A stretch of 64,000 nucleotides of DNA from Eledone cirrhosa (taxonomy: Eukaryota). Where the stretch lies: the NCBI GenBank assembly GCA_964016885.1, contig OZ024741.1, positions 170,066,001 to 170,130,000 of the forward strand. Direction: 5' to 3'. Shown here piece by piece: positions 56,008-64,000 of this stretch. A program made the translations under genes and the position numbers. Numbering within the stretch: position 1 is the stretch's first letter; each line of letters opens with the position of its first letter. The notes beneath the pieces are model-generated. The model made no database searches, had not been told where the DNA came from, and saw only the letters and a program-made list of their open reading frames with translations.

Positions 56008-56235
56008 GAAGTGGTTACACAACAGTTAGTCCACCATACCGAGAACAATTGTTTCACCTTAGCGGATCTTCAGCTCATAACGGACATGGTTATACGGAAC
56101 AGGAAGGACAGGTTGTCTTTCCTGTTCCGTATAACCATGTACATTACGAGCTGAAGATCCGCTAAGGTGAAATACGAGGTCGACCTAGCTGTCGAAATGC
56201 CGGAGCTCAGGCCTCGGCGTCCTAACTCTTTTCCT
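56008..56235. mobile_element. Small hairpin element with hammerhead (56037-56079, minus; plus copy truncated after GAAA)
   Basis: GAG-CUGAAGA-UCCGCUAAGGU-GAAA-CAAUUG-UU^-CUC; arms ~56052-56110 and 56115-56172. Confidence 0.7.
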
Positions 56236-57201
56236 ATATATATATATGTCTATATGTGTGCGTGTATGTGTGTGTGTAGAATCGTGTGTAGTTGACGGTC
56301 AAGATAAAAGAATACTCTACACCGAAGTAGAGTTTAAATATTCATTTACTGTGGCTAAGTAGTGAGTCTTATTAATCTGGAGTTTCACCGAGTCATTCAC
56401 AGTGGAGCGATCGTCATGATAGAGTCGGCCGCTAACCTGATCTGTCTCACATGCGACTATAGCTGTTCGTCAAAACTCAACAAGTCAGCAATGCCTCTGA
56501 CACTGGGTTAGTGCATGCAGAACTGTTCAATCGCCCTACGCGCATCTCGAACAGGTACCTCTGACAGCAATTCCGCTTGATGATATTGTCTGCCATTTCT
56601 CTTCTTACTCTCCTTGCACTAGTTACATTCCTAACTCCCTTTGCTCTCATAAGTCTTCTTGCCATCCTTTTAACCCAGTTCTTCTTGCACCTCTTGCTCA
56701 TCAGACGTTCTTACGGCTCCTTTCATCTCCTTCATTAACCCCACCCCCCTTTTTGCCGCTACACCCATTTCTTCCCCCTCCATTCCTCCACTTCATAAAA
56801 CTCTTTTTCTCATTGCATTTGTCTCTCTCTCTCCACTTCTTCCTCTTTCTCTCATCTCTCCTTCCCTTCCCCCCTCTCTCTCCTTCCCTTCCTCCACTTT
56901 CCCGTCACATTCCTCTTCATCTCACTCCCTTTCCCCTCCTGTTCCGTTGCTCCCCACACTCACCCCAGAATTCTTCCAGTTCTTTTACTGTTGATGTTAG
57001 ATTAATTTCTGTTTTAATTCCAACAAGTTCCAATATTACCGTATAGGATTGCAATGAAACTGTTTGTTTTGTTCAAAGAAAAGTTGTCGTTTTTTAAATC
57101 TGTGGATTCTTTATCCTTTAGCATTTATCTGTTGTTTTTGACGTTCCTTGAGTTCAGTTGTTTCCGTTTCTGTTTTATATATATATATATATAAATATAT
57201 G

Positions 57202-57237
<36 letters not shown>

Positions 57238-57248
57238 TGTATGTATAA

Positions 57249-57294
<46 letters not shown>

Positions 57295-57326
57295 GTATAC
57301 ATATATATATGTATGTATATATATGT

Positions 57327-57394
<68 letters not shown>

Positions 57395-57397
57395 GTA

Positions 57398-57460
<63 letters not shown>

Positions 57461-57461
57461 A

Positions 57462-57533
<72 letters not shown>

Positions 57534-57566
57534 ATGTATGTATATATATATATGTATATATATATG

Positions 57567-57597
<31 letters not shown>

Positions 57598-57598
57598 G

Positions 57599-57647
<49 letters not shown>

Positions 57648-57686
57648 GATATTAATAAATGGAAGCTATATTTATAAAACCATATT

Positions 57687-57751
57687 TATTTCATTATACA
57701 TATTTCAGGGATACCAAGTTAGATTATGGTATGCCTTCATCAGACAAAATA
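57687..57751 (-). ncRNA. Type I hammerhead
   Basis: UAUUUUGU-CUGAUGA-AGGCAUACCA..UGGUAUCCCU-GAAA-UAUGUA-UA^-AUGAAAUA; ~150-bp island between TA tracts. Confidence 0.75.
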
Positions 57752-57806
57752 CAATATATAACAGTTTTACAAATAGTTTTGACGTACCCTTTTAAAATGC
57801 AACCAT

Positions 57807-57997
<191 letters not shown>

Positions 57998-58007
57998 GTA
58001 TATATAT

Positions 58008-58957
58008 AATTACTTTCAAAGTAAAAGGTGTCATGAATGATACAAAATAAAACATATGTCTTGTCTCTAAAAACACCTGAAGATAGAATTCAGGGAATAA
58101 AATCGAGCCTTGATTATTATAAGAAAGGCGGTGGATGGCAGTATCGGTAGAGCGTCGGACGCCATGCTTTCCAGCATAGTTACGTCCCTTTACGATCTGA
58201 GTTCAAATCCCGCCGAGGTTAACTTTGCCTTTCATCCTTACGGGGTCGATAAAATAAAGTACCAGTAATGCACTGGATAATTGCTTGCCTTGTGCCTAAA
58301 GTAGAAACAATTATTATGAGAAAGTGATTGAAATATATTCATGTACAGTTAAGTGTACACTAAGACATATCAAAACATAGAACTAGAGACAAACTACACT
58401 GAAAGTAAGACTATATAATTCGTTGAGTACCTTATTAAATATAATAACAAAATTAAAACAAAATACCTGATAAGGATCAATATATTTCCCTCATATGTAT
58501 TCTCCATAAAATCAGAATCCATTTCACCAAATAACGGCGAAATTAGATATTTTGAAACGGATCATCAGTGAGGGAATTTCAAAATCATCTAATCTCACTC
58601 AATACAGGGCTGATAGTGACTAAACGCATATGGTATCAACACATGAATTTTAGCACACGCAACGACATGAAGGGTTCTCGTTCGCTAGAAATAGCAGTCC
58701 AACCTCTCGACATAAACAGCTCACCACATAAGGAGCAGACATATTATTATTATTACTTTCAAAGTAAAGGGTGTCATGAATGATAGAAAATCAAAGATAT
58801 GTCTTGTCTCTAAAAACACCTGAAGATAGAATTCAGAGAATAAAATCGAGCCTCAATCATTATAAGAAAGTGATTGAAATATAGTCATACACAGATAAGT
58901 GTACACTAGGGCATATAGTTTTATGTTTTGATATGTCTTAGTGTACACTTATCTGTG

Positions 58958-58962
<5 letters not shown>
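58008..58962 (-). mobile_element. Partial-tandem (~550-bp unit) non-coding element with terminal hairpin and HHR-like motif at 58512-58571
   Basis: 58010-58385 (excluding the SINE) repeats at 58753-58915; UCA-CUGAUGA..GAAA..UC-UGA with imperfect stem III. Confidence 0.65.
58127..58317 (+). mobile_element. SINE A, full length, TSD attat(a/g)agaaag
   Basis: A box TGGCAGTATCGG, B box GAGTTCAAATCC; empty site in the duplicate at ~58859-58870. Confidence 0.92.
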
Positions 58963-59056
<94 letters not shown>

Positions 59057-59189
59057 TATTAGAAAGTGAGGTTTTTTTACAAAATGAAAAAAAACTAAGG
59101 TGTCCTACACGAGTGAAAGTATAAGGAAAAGATATGAAATAGAAAATACAACTGCAGCCTTTTTTTAAAAAAATATATTTATTTGGTTC

Positions 59190-59225
59190 CTTTACCGGTT
59201 TCGCAGTTATTGTGCTTTTCAAAAG
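59190..59225 (-). ncRNA. Minimal hammerhead, U3-A8 variant
   Basis: CUU-UUGAAAA-GCA CAAUAAC UGC-GAAA-CCGG-UA^-AAG. Confidence 0.62.
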
Positions 59226-59287
59226 TAGAATTGAGATGGATGGTTTGTGGTTTTTCTCATATATATATATGTATATATATATATATA

Positions 59288-59850
59288 GTACATTATGAAG
59301 AGAGAAGAAACATTAGATATAATTAGTAATAAGATGTATCATACCTAAACTGCTTCTAAATTCCTCGACTACGTACTTTCGTGGCATAATCAAAAACAAT
59401 ACATCACAGAGATATATAATTTTTGTGAGGTCTGCCCTCCGCCTCCATGGTATTTTTTCGGGGTTATAAGAGGCTTAGCTCTGTTTCTTGACCGCTGTAT
59501 CACGTGATTGACTCCCCCTCCGCCTTTTGGGATTCTATCTCGTATCTTACAGACGTGTTTTTGAAATCCTTAATGACGTATCCTCTTGATAAGTCGGCAG
59601 ACCTCACAAAAATTATATATCTCTGTGATGTATTGTTTTTGATTATGCCACGAAACTACGTAGTCGAGGAATTTAGAAGCAGTTTAGGTATGATACATCT
59701 CATTACTAATTATATCTAATGTTTCTTCTCTCTTCATAATGTACTTTATAGCTCTGATACTGGTTCAGTCTAATCCATTAGGATTGGTTTGTCCCAGTTA
59801 TTCATAGAGCAACATCGGTTAAGGTTGGCACCATTAACTCAAGGATGGAT
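59288..59850 (+). mobile_element. Non-coding inverted-arm element
   Basis: 59288-59436 is inverted to 59596-59744. Confidence 0.8.
59581..59670 (+). ncRNA. Type I hammerhead, U3-A8 variant
   Basis: UCCUC-UUGAUAA-GU(C)GGCA..UGCCAC-GAAA-CUACGUAG-UC^-GAGGA. Confidence 0.78.
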
Positions 59851-59908
59851 GTGGATATATTCATGTATATGTGTGTGTCCGCATGTATCTGTGTGTTTCT
59901 CTATATAT

Positions 59909-59939
<31 letters not shown>

Positions 59940-60177
59940 ATCTTCTTCTTCTTCTTTTTTTTCTTCTTCTTCTTCTTCTTCTTCTTCTTCTTCTTCTTCT
60001 TCTTCTTCTTCTTCTTCTTCTTCTTCTTCTTCTTCTTCTTCTTCTTCTTCTTCTTCTTCTTCTGAGGTCGATATTATACAATACTAGTCAAGCCTTGTGC
60101 CTTAATTAGAGACCATTTCGATTATTATGGTGATGACGATGATGATAATGATGATAATATTTTGACGATGATGATAA

Positions 60178-61060
60178 GAATTGTTTCTTCTTTTGAAACA
60201 AGGCCAGCAATGATCCCAGTACATTACTGGTACTTTATTTTATCGACCCCGTAAGGATGAAAGGCAATGTTAACCTCGGCGGGATTTGAACTCAAACTGT
60301 AAAGGGCCGTACTTCTATACTTCAAAGGATGGCGTCCGACACTCCACCGATTCTGCCATGATTATAATTGTTTCTACTTTTGGCACAAGGCCAGCAATTA
60401 CTCCAGTGCATTACTGGTGCTTTATTTTATCGACCCCGTAAGGATGAAAGGCAAAGTTGACCTCGACCGTAAAGGGCCATAACTCTATGCTACAAAACAT
60501 GGCGTCTAACCCTCTACCGTTTCTATAATGAGAAGGCTATGGATGAGGAGGCGTATGATAATGATTCTGTTAGCGGTGATGATGGTGATAATGATCGTCA
60601 ATAATGATGATGTTGATGACAAGGACTGCGATAACGTAGATAACCATCGTCGGTTTAACCATCATCAACATTATCAACATCATCAACATCATCGTCGTCA
60701 TTGTCATCGTCTGCAGCAGCGTCATCATCCTTTACTGCCCCATTCTCCACCACGTTGAACTCTAGAACGTAAATGGCCATAACTCTATGCTGCAAAGCAT
60801 GGCGTCCGACCCTCTAACGATTCTGCCAATCCATAATTGATGAGGAGGCTTATGATAATAATTATGTTATCAGTGATGATGGTGATAATGATCGTCAATA
60901 GTAATGATGACGATGACAAGGACTGCGATAATGTAGTTAATCATCGTCAGTTTAATCATCATCGACATTATCAACATCATCAAACATCATCGTCGCCATT
61001 GTCATCGTCTACAGCGGCGCCATCATCGTTCACTGACCCATTCTCCACCACCACCACCAA
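60178..61060 (-). mobile_element. SINE A cluster and local ~300-bp tandem duplication
   Basis: SINEs at ~60178-60358, 60365-60525 and 60755-60833; 60470-60752 resembles 60770-61052. Confidence 0.8.
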
Positions 61061-61259
61061 CACCATTATTTAACTCATGAATGCAAATGAGCTGTGTGTT
61101 ATCAGTAGAGAGATATTCAGGGAATGGGGAAATCCATTGCCATGAATAAAACTAGGATATTACTGATCCATACTGACAAACCGTTACCTGTACCACAGAG
61201 CAGCAGCAACACCATAACACCCTGACCCCAACACTACCACACCTACAGCCTCCCTATAT

Positions 61260-61318
<59 letters not shown>

Positions 61319-61528
61319 TCACTATGCCATGATACAAATGTATAGCCATAATGGCTACCTCTAACAGCCATCAATCGATACCAGTGTCGCCAGCTTTTAA
61401 TCACCCTCACTATCACAAATCACATAACATGACCTCTTCATCAAAAGCTACATTACATAGTATCAGACTGGCAGAATACATACATACATACATACATACA
61501 TACATACATACATACATACATACATACA

Positions 61529-61557
<29 letters not shown>

Positions 61558-61559
<2 letters not shown>

Positions 61560-62270
61560 CTCTATGCAATACAGGAACAAGAGATCCCTACCAATATCTG
61601 CTACACAAAAGAAGAGGGCCATCAGTCGACAATAAATGTAGGCTTTGTAAGCCAAAGATCGAAGATGTTAGCCAACTGTGAAATAATGTTGTCTTGCTGT
61701 TACCTCCTTATGAGACACGATGTGATAGCTAGAACTCTCTGGAACGCACTTAGAAAAAAAAAAAAAAAAAAATGAGGAGTAATATGTTGAGATACATTGC
61801 ACTAAGGAATACTGGTGGAACCTGAAAATAAAACTGCCACCAAATTAAAGCACAACCGGCCTGATACTATTGTTTGAGAGACACATTGGAAACGTGCTCT
61901 GTTGTAGAGATCGGCTGCCCACTTGATGTCAACGTTGTAAGAAAAATACAAGAGAAGGAGGACATCTACGGACCATTGATGAGGAGTTTGCAGATCCAGT
62001 GTCACAGATACACCTTCAGCTTCATACCCATCATTATTGGAGCTAAAGGTTATATACCAACCCGCTTGAACCAAAGTAAAATTGAACTTGGATTTGAGGA
62101 CAAAGAACTCAGCTCCCTAATTAATAGACTTCAAATGGCTGCGATAGTTGCCGCCTTCAAAATTTGCAAAACATTCTTGCGATTCTAGGGATGATCATTT
62201 CTTTTCTTTTACAACCTTGCCACCAGGAAGGTAGCCGGTCAAAAATGTACTCGATATTAAGAGAAAGATA
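61558..62270 (+). mobile_element. R4/Dong-like RLE non-LTR retrotransposon 3' fragment
   Basis: QEQEI, KCRLC..ED, RHDVIAR, KHNRPD, VVEIGCP..N...EK..Y, IPIIIGA.G; (CATA)n on both sides. Confidence 0.82.
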
Positions 62271-62441
62271 AACATACATACATGCATTGCAAGCATACAT
62301 ACATACATGTATATATATATATATATAATAGATACTTATATACATACATACGTACATATATACACATATATACGTACATACACACATATATATGTATATG
62401 TATGTCGATATGTATATCCAACCCTCTCTTCATATAAATTC

Positions 62442-62519
<78 letters not shown>

Positions 62520-62613
62520 GTACATAGGTATGTATGTATTTATATGAAGAGAGGGTTATGTATGTATGTCGATATGTATATCTAACCCTCTCTTCATATA
62601 AATACAGGCATAC

Positions 62614-62676
<63 letters not shown>

Positions 62677-62767
62677 GAGGTTATATTTAATTTGTTGGAA
62701 TTCAACAAGTTTAAACATTTTTATAACTGATATAAAGCACTCAACAGTTTAGTGGAGTAAATATACA

Positions 62768-63095
62768 ATATATTAATAAATGGAAACTATATTTATAAAA
62801 CTATATTTTTTTTATTATATATATTTCAAGGGCGACCAAGGAAAATTATGGTGCGCTTTCATCAGATAAAATACAGATTTGTTTTATAAATAAATATTGA
62901 CATACCCGGAAAAAAATCCAGCGAATTTCAACCGTTGAGGTTGTCTTTTTTCCGGGTATGTCAATATTTATTTATAAAACAAATCTGTATTTTATCTGAT
63001 GAAAGCGCACCATAATTTACCTTGGTCGCCCTTGAAATATATATAATAAAATAATTATGGTTTTATAAATATAGTTTCCATTTCTTAATATATTA
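62768..63095. mobile_element. ~330-bp hairpin element with a hammerhead on each strand (62808-62873 -, 62988-63053 +)
   Basis: UAUUUUAU-CUGAUGA-AAGCG..CGCCCUU-GAAA-UAUAUA-UA^-AUAAAAUA. Confidence 0.82.
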
Positions 63096-63142
63096 TATAT
63101 ATATATATATATACAAGTAGTTCCACAACAGTTAGTTCACTA

Positions 63143-63184
63143 TACCGTGAACAAATGTTTCACCATATTCGGATCCTCAGCTCA
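63143..63184 (-). ncRNA. Diverged hammerhead (56037 family)
   Basis: GAG-CUGAGGA-UCCGAAUAUGGU-GAAA-CAUUUG-UU-CAC. Confidence 0.5.
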
Positions 63185-63413
63185 GTCTAAATGAAGTTGT
63201 ATGGAATAGGAAAAACAACCGTACGAATACGAATGTGTGCAGAAACAGTCATTTCTCCCGGGGGAGGTAAACCCAAAATAGATCGCTGCTAGTATATAAA
63301 CAACCATCAGGTTATCGAACCAACAAACCAAATGAAAATTTATAATAAAGTGAAAACCAAAGTGCGTGTGTTTTTATTGGTAGCATGACGCTACCAAAGT
63401 AAAACAATATATA

Positions 63414-63449
<36 letters not shown>

Positions 63450-63677
63450 ATATTTATGTACTTATGTGTTTATTTATTTATTTATTTATTTATTCTATAC
63501 TTTCTCCTACTCACCCACTTCTAATACTTTTATCTCGCTACTTATCCCTCTCCATCATATTTAGTTTGCCACACTCTTACTTGTGGTATAAAATATTGAG
63601 TTTTGTTGTAATAAATCACTGTCAAGACTGGAATTGAACCATCAGCACAGTTGAGATATGTCATACATCAATTTATG

Positions 63678-63742
63678 TATTTTATCTGATGAGGACGTAC
63701 TGAAAAAACATCACAGAACCTCCGAAATATATATAATAAAAC
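63678..63742 (+). ncRNA. Type I hammerhead
   Basis: UAUUUUAU-CUGAUGA-GGA..UCC-GAAA-UAUAUA-UA^-AUAAAACA. Confidence 0.78.
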
Positions 63743-63794
63743 ATATATTTTGATTATGTGAATGTCTCCATTTATTAATATTTTGAATAATATA

Positions 63795-63872
<78 letters not shown>

Positions 63873-64000
63873 TATATTATTCACAATATTAATAAATGGA
63901 GACATATATATAACGAAGGAAGTGTTGTAAGGAACCAGGTGGACCATAACGAACTACAGTACTCAATACTTAGGGTAGTAGAGTGGGTAATAGGAAAATG

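Overview
AT-rich, microsatellite-dense eukaryotic DNA with no recognisable host gene. The repeat content (abundant tRNA-derived SINE, long (TA)n/(CA)n/(TACA)n tracts) resembles an octopod cephalopod genome, which is an inference. The window is almost entirely mobile DNA: four Penelope-like elements (PLEs; RT and/or C-terminal GIY-YIG) with inverted pseudo-LTR arms, a decayed near-full-length L1/Tx1 LINE, a decayed mariner, RTE and R4 3' fragments, RTE-derived short elements and many SINEs. The main unannotated signal is about 25-27 type I hammerhead ribozyme (HHR) motifs from roughly a dozen sequence families. They occur in PLE pLTRs, in a 466-bp tandem retrozyme-like array and in small non-coding hairpin elements next to (TA)n tracts. 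Three unrelated families carry the compensatory U3-A8 core (UUGANAA). Each retroelement class also sits in its own type of microsatellite. All folds and coordinates were derived by eye and may be off by a few nucleotides.
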